From: an uncultured Mycoplasmatota bacterium
Lineage (GTDB): Bacteria > Bacillota_I > Bacilli_A > RF39 > UBA660
NCBI GenBank assembly: GCA_949288035.1
Contig: CASEIJ010000049.1
Coordinates: 663 to 64,662 of the forward strand
Direction of reading: 5' to 3'
Length of the DNA stretch: 64,000 bases
The position numbers were made by a program, and so were the translations under genes. Every line of letters starts with the position of its first letter. Within the stretch, counting starts at the first letter, position 1. The notes under the pieces are model-generated. The model made no database searches. It had not been told where the DNA came from and was given only the letters and a program-made list of their open reading frames with translations. Positions 10,352 to 20,228 of the stretch are shown piece by piece.

Positions 10352-10971
10352 TGATAGAAAAATATGTATTAGAAGCTAAAACAGAAGAAGAATTATTACC
10401 TTTAGCGATGGAAGAATTAAATACAAGTGAAAGTAATTTATATTATCAAACAAAAGAAGTACAAAGTGGTAAATTATTTAAATCAAAAAAGTATCAAATA
10501 GAAGTATATAAAAAAGATGAAGTAATCCAGTATATTAAAAATTATATACAAGAGTTATCTCAGAAAATGGATTTACAAGTTCAAACAGAAATTCGAGTAG
10601 AAGATACGAATTTTCAAATTCAATTGTATTCAGAAAATAATGCGATTTTAATTGGAAAAGAAGGTCGTACTATGAACGCGATTCAAACCATATTAAAACA
10701 AGCAGTCCAAAATCAGATTGATTATCCACTTCACATTCATTTAGATGTATCTAATTATAGGGCAAAACAAGAACATAATTTTGAATATGAAATGAAAAAA
10801 TTAATGAAAGAAGTTCAAAGAACTAAGATTGATATGAAACTGGAGCCAATGAATTCATATCAACGTCGTATGATTCATAATTTGGCCACCAAGTTTACAA
10901 ATATTACAACGTTTAGTACCGGAGAAGGAAAAGAAAGATATATAACAATACATTATGAAGAAGAGAAGTAA
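10351..10971 (+). CDS. jag: Jag/KhpB RNA-binding protein (KH + R3H domains)
   Basis: LIGKEGRTMNAIQ (KH-like) and SYQRRMIHN (R3H). The ATG at 10351 overlaps the yidC stop and is preceded by AAAGGAGAAAA. Confidence 0.88.
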   Translation: MIEKYVLEAKTEEELLPLAMEELNTSESNLYYQTKEVQSGKLFKSKKYQIEVYKKDEVIQYIKNYIQELSQKMDLQVQTEIRVEDTNFQIQLYSENNAILIGKEGRTMNAIQTILKQAVQNQIDYPLHIHLDVSNYRAKQEHNFEYEMKKLMKEVQRTKIDMKLEPMNSYQRRMIHNLATKFTNITTFSTGEGKERYITIHYEEEK

Positions 10972-11034
10972 AGCTTCTCTTTTCTTGACGATAAAACAAA
11001 AATAGTTTAAAATGCACTTGAAGAGGAGAATATT

Positions 11035-11541
11035 ATGAAAAAAAGACCAATGTCGAAAGAGTATTTAGAAATAGTTGCCAGTATTTTAGAACATCCAGAA
11101 TTTCAACGTCGTAAAGATTATCCTCATCATGGAAATATAAGCGTATATGACCATTGTTTAGCAGTGTCATATACTGCGTATTGCGTAGCAAAAAAAATGG
11201 GTGTGGATTATAAAAGTGCAGCAATTGGAGGATTATTACATGATTTTTATACATCCCCATGGCAAGATTGTACAGAAAAAAAGAAACTATTTGAAAAACA
11301 TGGTTTTGCTCATGCGAAAGAGGCAGCTAAAAATGCATGGAAATATTTTCCTGAGCACATGAATGAAAAAAGAGAAGATATTATTTTAAGACATATGTTT
11401 CCATTAAATATAAAACCACCAAAATATATTGAAAGTTGGATTGTAACTATGTCCGATAAATATGTTTCTTTAGAAGTAGTAAAAGATATAAAACATTTGC
11501 CAAGATATGTTGGATTTGGCCCTAAAAAGAGAAAGAAGTGA
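11035..11541 (+). CDS. HD-domain phosphohydrolase
   Basis: YPHHGNISVYDHCLAVS and GGLLHDFY (H...HD...D pattern), with a good SD (GAGGAGAA). Confidence 0.7.
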   Translation: MKKRPMSKEYLEIVASILEHPEFQRRKDYPHHGNISVYDHCLAVSYTAYCVAKKMGVDYKSAAIGGLLHDFYTSPWQDCTEKKKLFEKHGFAHAKEAAKNAWKYFPEHMNEKREDIILRHMFPLNIKPPKYIESWIVTMSDKYVSLEVVKDIKHLPRYVGFGPKKRKK

Positions 11542-11545
11542 TAAT

Positions 11546-12904
11546 ATGGAAGATACGATTGCAGCAATTTCTACAGCTCTAGGAGTTGGTGCTATATCAA
11601 TTGTACGAGTAAGTGGAAATGAGGCTATTCAGATTGTTAATAAAATATTTCAAGGGAAAGATTTAACTAAAGTTAATACACATACCATTCATTATGGAAA
11701 AATTATGGAGAATGGAAAAGAAATCGATGAAGTATTGGTTTCCGTTATGAAGGCTCCATACACTTATACAAGTGAGGATATTGTAGAAATTAATTGTCAT
11801 GGCGGAATAGCTACTACCAATAAAATACTAGAATTAGTTTTAGAAAATGGATGTCGTATGGCTCGACCTGGAGAATTTACGGAACGTCGTTTTATAAATG
11901 GTAAAATTGATTTAATACAAGCACAAGGTATTAAAGATTTAATTGATGCTACCAGTGATGAAAAAAGAACACTTGCAATGAATCAATTAAGTGGAAAAGT
12001 ATCTTCTATGATAGAGCATTTAAGACAGGAGATATTAGAAGATATTTTAGCAAATATAGAAGTAAATATTGATTATCCAGAATATGAAGATATCAAAAAA
12101 TTAACGAATGAAGATATTCTTCCAAATTTAAAAAAGATAAAAAAAGAAATGGAACATATTTTAAAAGAAAGTAGAAATGGAATTATGATTCAACAAGGAA
12201 TTAAAACTTCTATTGTGGGAAGACCAAATGTTGGTAAAAGTAGTTTGTTAAATGCTTTATTAGAAGAAAATAAAGCAATTGTAACCGATATTGAGGGAAC
12301 AACGAGAGATATTGTAGAAGGAGAGATACTAGTTTGTGGAGTTCCGTTTCATATTATAGATACAGCAGGAATTCGAAAATCAGATCATTTAGTAGAACAA
12401 ATTGGAATTCAAAAAAGTTTAGAATTAATTGATCAATCAGAATTAGTATTGTTTGTTTTAAATAATAATGAACCATTGACCGAAGATGATATAAAAATCT
12501 GGAATAGGTTAAAAGATAAAAATAAAATTGTTATTATTAATAAAACGGATTTACCAACAAAGATAAAATTAGATAAGATTCCAAAAGAGGAATGCGTTTG
12601 GATTAGTGCAGGAAACCAACAAGGAATTGATTTAGTAAAAGAAAAAATGAAAGAAATATTTTCTTTGGAGAAAATTCAAACAGAGGATCCTACATATTTA
12701 ACAAATGCAAATAGTATTTCTTCTCTAAAAAATGCAATTACGAGCATTGATCAAGCAATTACAGGAATTTATCAAGAAATGCCGATTGATATGGTAGAGA
12801 TTGATATAAAAAATGCATGGGATGAGTTAGGATTAATTATTGGTAAAACATATCAAGATGAATTGATCAATCAGTTATTTAGTCAATTTTGTTTGGGAAA
12901 ATAG
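11546..12904 (+). CDS. mnmE: tRNA modification GTPase MnmE
   Basis: MEDTIAAISTALG..., G1 motif GRPNVGKSSLLNAL, DTAGIR, and the C-terminal CLGK. The ATG at 11546 is preferred over the track start at 11507, which overlaps the HD gene. Confidence 0.95.
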   Translation: MEDTIAAISTALGVGAISIVRVSGNEAIQIVNKIFQGKDLTKVNTHTIHYGKIMENGKEIDEVLVSVMKAPYTYTSEDIVEINCHGGIATTNKILELVLENGCRMARPGEFTERRFINGKIDLIQAQGIKDLIDATSDEKRTLAMNQLSGKVSSMIEHLRQEILEDILANIEVNIDYPEYEDIKKLTNEDILPNLKKIKKEMEHILKESRNGIMIQQGIKTSIVGRPNVGKSSLLNALLEENKAIVTDIEGTTRDIVEGEILVCGVPFHIIDTAGIRKSDHLVEQIGIQKSLELIDQSELVLFVLNNNEPLTEDDIKIWNRLKDKNKIVIINKTDLPTKIKLDKIPKEECVWISAGNQQGIDLVKEKMKEIFSLEKIQTEDPTYLTNANSISSLKNAITSIDQAITGIYQEMPIDMVEIDIKNAWDELGLIIGKTYQDELINQLFSQFCLGK

Positions 12905-12986
12905 AATTTTTTATGATTCTATTTTTCTTTATTGTTTTTTAATTTTGTTTAAGATATAATAGTTTCGTTAAAAAGGACGTGGGAAT

Positions 12987-14852
12987 ATGAAATATGATTG
13001 TATTATAGTTGGTGGGGGACATGCAGGATGTGAAGCCTGTCTTGCAACAGCTCGTATGGGCATGACAACATTATTAGTAACAGGAAATATTCAAAATATC
13101 GCAGATATGCCATGTAATCCATCGATTGGAGGAAGTGCAAAAGGAATTGTAGTTCGTGAAATTGATGCATTAGGTGGCGAAATGGGAAAAAATGCTGATA
13201 AGTCACAAATTCAAATGAAGATGTTAAATAATAAAAAAGGTCCAGCGGTTCAAGCGTTAAGGGCCCAAGCTGATAATATTTCATATCCAAAACAAATGCA
13301 AGAAACTCTTTTTAAACAGGAAAATTTAACTATTTTAGAAGCAATGGTTGAAGATTTGATGGTAGAAGAAAATACAGTAAAAGGAATTGTACTTGCAGAT
13401 GGAGAACAAATATATAGTAAATGTGTTATTTTAACAACGGGTACTTATTTAAAGGCAGATATTTTGGTGGGAAATACTCGTCATCGAGAGGGTCCACATG
13501 GAGAAAAACCGAGCCAACATTTAAGTGATTGTTTAAAAAAATTAGGATTTCAAATTATTCGATTAAAAACAGGAACCCCGCAAAGAATAGATAAAAATTC
13601 CATTCATTATGAAAAGACAAAACGAGAAGATGGAGATACAACTCTTTATACATTTAGTTTTGATGATATTCCAAATTATGATGTCACAAAACAAACACCT
13701 TGTTATTTAACATATACTACTGCGAAGACACATCAAATCATTCGCGATAATTTATCAAAATCAAGTATGTATGGTGGACTAGATGATATAAAGGGAATAG
13801 GACCAAGATATTGTCCTTCTATTGAAGATAAAATTGTTCGCTTTGCAGATAAAGAGCGTCACCAATTATTTTTAGAGCCTACTAGTTTAGAATCTAATGA
13901 GATTTATATTCAAGGTTTTTCAACAAGTATGCCTTATGATATTCAGGAACAGATGGTACACAGTATTCCAGGATTAGAAGATGCTAAGATATTAAAATAT
14001 GCTTATGCGATTGAATATGATGCAATTTATCCAACTCAAATTAAACAAACATTAGAAACAAAAATAATTAAAAATTTATATACAGCAGGACAAATAAATG
14101 GAACGAGCGGATATGAAGAAGCTGCTTGTCAAGGATTAATGGCCGGAATTAATGCTGCTTTAAAAATAAAAGGAAAAGAACCATTGATTTTAAAAAGAAG
14201 TGATGGTTATATAGGAGTTCTAATTGATGATTTAGTTACGAAAGGAGTAAGAGATCCGTATCGATTATTAACATCACGAGCAGAATATCGCCTATTATTG
14301 CGTCATGATAATGCTGATTTAAGATTGAGAGAATATGGATATCAAGTTGGTTTGATTTCTGACAAACAATATGATGTACTATCAAAAAAGAAACAATCAA
14401 TTAAAGATGCATTATGCCAATTAAAAAAACATAAAATTACACCAGTAAAAGAAGTAAGTGATTATTTAGATACAATTCCTACTGCACCATTAAAAGATGG
14501 TATTACTCTATATGATTTACTAAAAAGACCAGAAATAAAAATATCGCATCTTCAACGTTTTATTGACTTACCATATGATTCATCTATTTTAGAACAAGTA
14601 GAAATTCATGTGAAATATGAGGGTTATATTAAGAAAGCTGAACGTGAAGCCGAAAAAATGGAACGTTTAGAAGAAAAGAAAATACCTGATAATATTGATT
14701 ATAACAAGATAAAAAATATTGCCAGTGAAGCACGTCAAAAATTACAGGAAGTACGCCCTACTTCTATTGGACAAGCACTTCGTATTAGTGGTGTGAATCC
14801 TTCCGATATATCTATTTTAATGGTTTATTTAAAAAAGGGGGAAAAACATTGA
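12987..14852 (+). CDS. mnmG: tRNA uridine 5-carboxymethylaminomethyl modification enzyme MnmG (GidA)
   Basis: GGGHAGCEA FAD motif, 621 aa, between mnmE and rsmG. Confidence 0.96.
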   Translation: MKYDCIIVGGGHAGCEACLATARMGMTTLLVTGNIQNIADMPCNPSIGGSAKGIVVREIDALGGEMGKNADKSQIQMKMLNNKKGPAVQALRAQADNISYPKQMQETLFKQENLTILEAMVEDLMVEENTVKGIVLADGEQIYSKCVILTTGTYLKADILVGNTRHREGPHGEKPSQHLSDCLKKLGFQIIRLKTGTPQRIDKNSIHYEKTKREDGDTTLYTFSFDDIPNYDVTKQTPCYLTYTTAKTHQIIRDNLSKSSMYGGLDDIKGIGPRYCPSIEDKIVRFADKERHQLFLEPTSLESNEIYIQGFSTSMPYDIQEQMVHSIPGLEDAKILKYAYAIEYDAIYPTQIKQTLETKIIKNLYTAGQINGTSGYEEAACQGLMAGINAALKIKGKEPLILKRSDGYIGVLIDDLVTKGVRDPYRLLTSRAEYRLLLRHDNADLRLREYGYQVGLISDKQYDVLSKKKQSIKDALCQLKKHKITPVKEVSDYLDTIPTAPLKDGITLYDLLKRPEIKISHLQRFIDLPYDSSILEQVEIHVKYEGYIKKAEREAEKMERLEEKKIPDNIDYNKIKNIASEARQKLQEVRPTSIGQALRISGVNPSDISILMVYLKKGEKH

Positions 14853-15556
14853 GTCAAGAAGAATTTGTTTTAGAATTAAAGAAATTAGGAATTGAATTAA
14901 CAGAACAGAAAGAAAAACAATTAAAAAAATATTATGAAATGTTAGTTGAATATAATAAACATATGAATTTAACAGGTATTACAGAAAAAGCAGATGTTTA
15001 TTTGAAACATTTTTATGATAGCCTTACTTTAGAAAAAGCGATTCATTTAGAAAAAATGCACACTCTTTGTGATATTGGTACGGGTGCTGGATTTCCAGGA
15101 TTAGTGTTAAAAATTATTTTTCCTAATTTAAAGGTTACTTTAGTTGATTCCTTAAATAAAAGAATTCTATTTTTACAAGATGTTATTACAGAATTAGGAC
15201 TAACGGAAATAGAAGCCAAACATGTTCGTGCTGAAGAGTTTGCTAAGTTGCATCGTGAAGAATACGATATTGTAACATCACGAGCAGTCGCAAATTTATC
15301 GTTATTATCAGAAATATCATTACCATTAGTACGGGAAAATGGATATTTCATTCCAATGAAAGGCCATTTAGAAATAGATATAACTACTTTAAATTCAATT
15401 ATTAAAAAGTTAAATGGAAAATTAGAAGAAATTATATCTTTTGATTTGCCAAATGAACATAGCGTTAGAAATTTATTGAAAATACGAAAAATAGATAAGA
15501 CAAACATAAAATATCCGAGAAAATTTTCAGATATAAAAAAGAAACCACTTCAATAA
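14849..15556 (+). CDS. rsmG: 16S rRNA (guanine527-N7)-methyltransferase RsmG
   Basis: DIGTGAGFPGLVLKI SAM motif. The TTG start overlaps the mnmG stop. Confidence 0.93.
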   Translation: MSQEEFVLELKKLGIELTEQKEKQLKKYYEMLVEYNKHMNLTGITEKADVYLKHFYDSLTLEKAIHLEKMHTLCDIGTGAGFPGLVLKIIFPNLKVTLVDSLNKRILFLQDVITELGLTEIEAKHVRAEEFAKLHREEYDIVTSRAVANLSLLSEISLPLVRENGYFIPMKGHLEIDITTLNSIIKKLNGKLEEIISFDLPNEHSVRNLLKIRKIDKTNIKYPRKFSDIKKKPLQ

Positions 15557-15679
15557 GATGGTTTCTTTTGTTTGGGAAATGATTGGGAAATATTTTTTTA
15601 ATTCTTGTAAAAGCCAAAAAATTATAGTACAATAAAAGAAAAGAATAATGAATAATAGATAAAAAGGGGCATGAGAGTT

Positions 15680-17902
15680 ATGAATGAAGCTGGACAAGTA
15701 AGAAAATTACCAATTGATGATGTTCTTCCAAACAGATTCCAACCTCGAATTAAATTTTCGGAGTCGGAAGTTTTGGCGTTGGCTGATTCTATTAAAAATC
15801 ATGGAGTAATTCAACCGATCTTAGTACGTCCAATTGGCGATAAATATGAAATAATTGCCGGAGAAAGAAGATATAAAGCAAGTGTTATGGCAGGTTTAAA
15901 AGAAATACCTGCAATTGTAAGACAACTGGATGATAAACAAAGTGCAGAATTAGCACTTATAGAAAATGTTCAAAGAAAAGATTTAACGCCAATTGAAGAA
16001 GCCCTATCTTATAAAAAAATATTAGATATGGGATATTTAACTCAAGAACAATTAGCATTAAAGTTAGGTAAAAAACAATCAACGATTGCTAATAAATTAA
16101 GACTTTTAAATTTAGATGAAGATGTTCAAAATGCTTTATTGTATGAGAAAATATCAGAAAGACATGCCCGTTCTTTATTAAAATTAGAAAAAGAAGATCA
16201 AAAAGAAATGTTAAAACGAATCATTAATGAACGTTTAACAGTAAGACAAACAGATTTAGAGATTCAAAAAATATTAACAGAAAAAGAGAAGCAAAATCAA
16301 AATCAACAGACCAATATTTTAAATGAAGATATTGAAATATTAGATTTTCCAGAGGAAGAGACGGTGAAAAGTATGGAAGATAATTCAGTAAATCAATCAA
16401 CACAGTATAATATTCCAAATAATGCAATTCAAAATGATGTACCGGAAACAATCATATCTAATCAAGCAGAATCAATCAATCAGCAGCCAATTCCTACAGA
16501 ATTCAATATCAACCCATCTGTTCAAGTTTCTCAGCCAGTGAATCCAGGTTTTATGGATGTAGATAAAATTGTCGAAACGGCGCAAGATATTAATCGCCCA
16601 ACTCAAAAAGATAAAAAGACGATTGAAGATTTATTGAAACCAGATGAACAAATGTTAAAAATGGAAGCGGAAGAAAAAAAAGCACAAGAACAGAAAGATG
16701 AAGCAGAACAAATATTAAAACCAGGAAAATTCTTTAATTTAGCTGATTTAGAAGAAGCTGAAAAAGAAACACCACAAAATGGATACATTGAAAATTTAGA
16801 TCAAGCCCAAGCTAATATGGATTTTGGAGTAAAACCTACTCCTGCTCCAACAAATGGATTTGACTTTGATAAATTTTTCAATCCTAATGAGTTTGAAAAA
16901 ACATTGGAACCTACTAATCATTCTATGGATGCTGAAGAAGTAAACACACCTCAAGATGCATTAAGTCAAAATACACTAATGCCAGAGGTTTCTGTTCAAC
17001 AACCTGTTGTAGAAAATCAACCTGCAGTATTACAAAATAACAATGAACAAAATACTTCTAATATAATGAATCAAACAATCGAATCAGAAAATAATATAAT
17101 TGACGCACAGCCAGAACAACAAAATATGCCAGAAATATCATCTATTACCCCTATGGATTTCAAAGCTGCAGAATCTATGCCACAACCAGAAATTTCTTCA
17201 GCCAATCAAGAGGATTTGTTATCAACTCCTGCAGTATTAGATGATAAGGACCAAGTAGTTGTTCCTCCTAAAACTGATGAGGTAAGTGAATCACAAACTC
17301 CACAAATTCCAACTATGAGTGAAGAAGAGTTTTTAAAATCAATCCCAGATAGTAATTTACCATTATCTTCTTTAAATACATCTCAAAAAGAAGAAGTAAA
17401 AGAACCAGAAATTCATTCAGAAGATTTAGAACCACAATATGATTTTACAAATTTATCTAATATTACTTCTGATACATCATTAGAGCAATCAATGAATTCT
17501 GTACAAACTCCAGGATTGAACGATTTCGTTACTCCGAAAGAGGAAAATAAGATCGAACCACTTTTAGAACCAGAAATTACTCCAGTTGAACCAATTATTA
17601 CAGATCAAGCAAATTCATTCTTATTTGAACCTGATATGCCTGATGAGAATGTTACTTCAGTATCTCAAGAAAATGTTGTTTCTACTCCATTACCTGAAAC
17701 AGAATCTGTTGTATCATCAAATTCTGTTTCAACTCCTGAAGTGAATCCAGAACCAGTAAAAGTATTTGATGTTCAAAAAGTAAGTTTAGAAGCTAAAAAT
17801 TTTGCACAAGAATTACAGAATAAAGGTTACCAGGTGCGCATTGAAGAATATGATTTTGAAGATTTATATCAAGTAGTATTTAAAGTAAGAAAAGATATTT
17901 AA
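15680..17902 (+). CDS. parB: ParB/Spo0J/Noc-family protein with a roughly 480-aa low-complexity insert
   Basis: The N-terminal ~200 aa align with Spo0J: LPNRFQPR, IQPILVRP, the GERRYKAS CTP-binding box, and the HTH TQEQLALKLGKKQSTIANKLRLL. A Q/E/P/N/S-rich region follows, then a short C-terminal module ...KGYQVRIEEYDFEDLYQVVFKV. The ATG at 15680 has better SD spacing than 15671. Confidence 0.85.
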   Translation: MNEAGQVRKLPIDDVLPNRFQPRIKFSESEVLALADSIKNHGVIQPILVRPIGDKYEIIAGERRYKASVMAGLKEIPAIVRQLDDKQSAELALIENVQRKDLTPIEEALSYKKILDMGYLTQEQLALKLGKKQSTIANKLRLLNLDEDVQNALLYEKISERHARSLLKLEKEDQKEMLKRIINERLTVRQTDLEIQKILTEKEKQNQNQQTNILNEDIEILDFPEEETVKSMEDNSVNQSTQYNIPNNAIQNDVPETIISNQAESINQQPIPTEFNINPSVQVSQPVNPGFMDVDKIVETAQDINRPTQKDKKTIEDLLKPDEQMLKMEAEEKKAQEQKDEAEQILKPGKFFNLADLEEAEKETPQNGYIENLDQAQANMDFGVKPTPAPTNGFDFDKFFNPNEFEKTLEPTNHSMDAEEVNTPQDALSQNTLMPEVSVQQPVVENQPAVLQNNNEQNTSNIMNQTIESENNIIDAQPEQQNMPEISSITPMDFKAAESMPQPEISSANQEDLLSTPAVLDDKDQVVVPPKTDEVSESQTPQIPTMSEEEFLKSIPDSNLPLSSLNTSQKEEVKEPEIHSEDLEPQYDFTNLSNITSDTSLEQSMNSVQTPGLNDFVTPKEENKIEPLLEPEITPVEPIITDQANSFLFEPDMPDENVTSVSQENVVSTPLPETESVVSSNSVSTPEVNPEPVKVFDVQKVSLEAKNFAQELQNKGYQVRIEEYDFEDLYQVVFKVRKDI

Positions 17903-17965
17903 TCTTTTCTTTTTTTTGAATCGCATAATTATTTTTCTTTCATATAGTAACATTAGGTGATTATT

Positions 17966-18886
17966 ATGAAAAAATTAAAATGTAACTATCCATTTCATGC
18001 TAGAAAAGCAATTGATAAAGAGTTAAAATGTGAAGAAATACCTATATATTTTCCAGCTCAACATCAAAATAGACAACCAGGAATGGAATATCTTATGAAA
18101 CCATTGCCTATATATGATATACCTAGTATATGTGAGAATAAACGTTTGCATAACAAAGTAGCAATTATCACTGGAGGAGATTCTGGAATTGGAAGAGCTG
18201 TTGCAGTTGCTTTTGCGAAAGAAGGCGCAAAGCTAATGCTTGTTTATTATGATGAACACAAAGATGCTTTTGATACAAAAGAATATATTGAAAATTTAGG
18301 TGGCTGTGTTGAACTATTATCTGGTGATTTAAAAGACCCATCCTTTGCAAAATTTGTAGTAGATAGTACATTGGAAAGATATGGAAAAATTGATATTTTA
18401 GTCAATAATGCAGGTGTTCAATATCCACAGAAATCTTTATTAGATATTACAGAAGAACAGTTTGATTTTACATTGAAGACGAATTTATATTCTATATTTT
18501 ATTTAACGAAAGAAGCGCTTCCTTATTTAAAAGAAGGATCTAGTATTATTAATACAAGTTCTATTACAACTTATTATGGAGAACCAGAATTAATTGATTA
18601 TGCTGCATCAAAAGGGGCAATTGTCGGTTTTACAAAAGCATTAGCTACTAATTTGGCTCGTAAAAATATACGTGTCAATGCAGTCGCTCCAGGAACGTTT
18701 TGGACCCCATTACAACCATCAAGTTGGTCTAGTGATAAAATACCCACATTTGGTTCTAAAAGTGATTTAAAACGTGCTGGAGAGCCATATGAGATTGCTT
18801 CAACTTATGTCTATTTAGCAAGCCCTGATTCATCTTATACAACAGGACAAGTGATTCATGTAAATGGAGGAGAATACAAAGCATAA
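17966..18886 (+). CDS. SDR-family oxidoreductase (YhdF/YhxC general-stress type)
   Basis: TGGDSGIGRA, NNAG and YAASKGA (YxxxK). The AGGTGA SD serves the ATG at 17966. Confidence 0.8.
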   Translation: MKKLKCNYPFHARKAIDKELKCEEIPIYFPAQHQNRQPGMEYLMKPLPIYDIPSICENKRLHNKVAIITGGDSGIGRAVAVAFAKEGAKLMLVYYDEHKDAFDTKEYIENLGGCVELLSGDLKDPSFAKFVVDSTLERYGKIDILVNNAGVQYPQKSLLDITEEQFDFTLKTNLYSIFYLTKEALPYLKEGSSIINTSSITTYYGEPELIDYAASKGAIVGFTKALATNLARKNIRVNAVAPGTFWTPLQPSSWSSDKIPTFGSKSDLKRAGEPYEIASTYVYLASPDSSYTTGQVIHVNGGEYKA

Positions 18887-18958
18887 ACTTTGTATTTTTT
18901 TCTTGTAAATGTATAAAAATATGATATAGTAAAGTTAATATAATAATGAGGTGATTCA

Positions 18959-20182
18959 GTGAAATGTAATAAAAAGAAAATAATATTTGCACTCATAATC
19001 AGTTTTTTTGTTGTAATAGTAAGCTATTTTCTATATCAATATATACGTATTAAAACAGCTAAAATAGAAGTGAAACTAAAATCAAATTTAAATGTTGAAT
19101 TTGCAACGTCTTTAAAAGTTTCTGATATGATAGAAAGTATAAATGGAAAAATTGTTGATAATTACCAAATAGATACAACTAAATTGGGAGATAAGAATAT
19201 TTCATTTTATTTTATCAATGATGATGGTATAAAAGTGCCATATGAGTATCAAATTCATATTGTAGATACAACAGAACCTCTTATCTGGTTAGGAAATACA
19301 TATACAGTTACAAAAGGTTCTAATATAAATCTTACTGATAAAATTTTATGTGGAGATAACTATGATGATCATCCAAAATGTACAATTGAAGGTACTTATG
19401 ATATGAATACTGCTGGTAATTATGAATTAGTATTTAAAGCAGTTGATAAAAATGGAAATACAGAAGAACAACCTTTTACCCTTGTTGTTCAAGAGCCTGT
19501 TACTGATACAGAGAACAACACAAATATTGAAGCTGAAGAACCTATTTATACTCAATTTACAGATGTAGTGAAAAAACATAAGACAAAACAAACTAAAATA
19601 GGTATAGATTTATCAAGTTTTCAAGGAAATGTTGATTTTAAAAAATTAAAAAATACTGGTGTTGAGTTTGTAATGATTCGTGTTGGTGGAACAAAAGGAA
19701 TAGATACAGATTACTTTGTGGATAAACAATTTAAACATAATATTGAACAAGCAAACAAATATGGAATAGATGCTGGAATTTATTTTTATTCATATGCTGC
19801 CTCAGTAGAAGATGCCAGAAAAGATGCTAAATGGGTATTGAAACAGATAAAAAAATATGATATTCAATTACCAATTGCCTTTGATTGGGAGAATTGGAAA
19901 TATTATAATGATTATCACCTTAGTTTTTTTGGATTAACTAGTATGGCTGAAGCATTTGTTGATGAAGTAGAAAAAGCAGGATATGATGGTATGATTTATA
20001 GCAGTAAAACCTATTTAGAAAATATGTGGATGCCTTTAGAAGATGATGTTTGGCTTGCTCATTACACAGAACAAACTAATTATCAAGGCTCTTATAAAAT
20101 GTGGCAAATGTGTGAAGATGGTCAAGTTGATGGTGTAGATCATCTTGTTGATATTAATATCTTATATTTAAAAAAGAAATAA
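18959..20182 (+). CDS. Membrane-anchored GH25 muramidase (lysozyme) with an Ig-like domain
   Basis: N-terminal TM helix and a central Ig-like/DUF5011-like segment. The C-terminal part reads IGIDLSSFQGNVDFKKLKNTGVEFVMIRVG...IAFDWE, a GH25 signature. Confidence 0.75.
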   Translation: MKCNKKKIIFALIISFFVVIVSYFLYQYIRIKTAKIEVKLKSNLNVEFATSLKVSDMIESINGKIVDNYQIDTTKLGDKNISFYFINDDGIKVPYEYQIHIVDTTEPLIWLGNTYTVTKGSNINLTDKILCGDNYDDHPKCTIEGTYDMNTAGNYELVFKAVDKNGNTEEQPFTLVVQEPVTDTENNTNIEAEEPIYTQFTDVVKKHKTKQTKIGIDLSSFQGNVDFKKLKNTGVEFVMIRVGGTKGIDTDYFVDKQFKHNIEQANKYGIDAGIYFYSYAASVEDARKDAKWVLKQIKKYDIQLPIAFDWENWKYYNDYHLSFFGLTSMAEAFVDEVEKAGYDGMIYSSKTYLENMWMPLEDDVWLAHYTEQTNYQGSYKMWQMCEDGQVDGVDHLVDINILYLKKK

Positions 20183-20228
20183 CTAGTCTCTGATTTCATG
20201 ATATGTTATAATTATAAGTGGTGATAGA

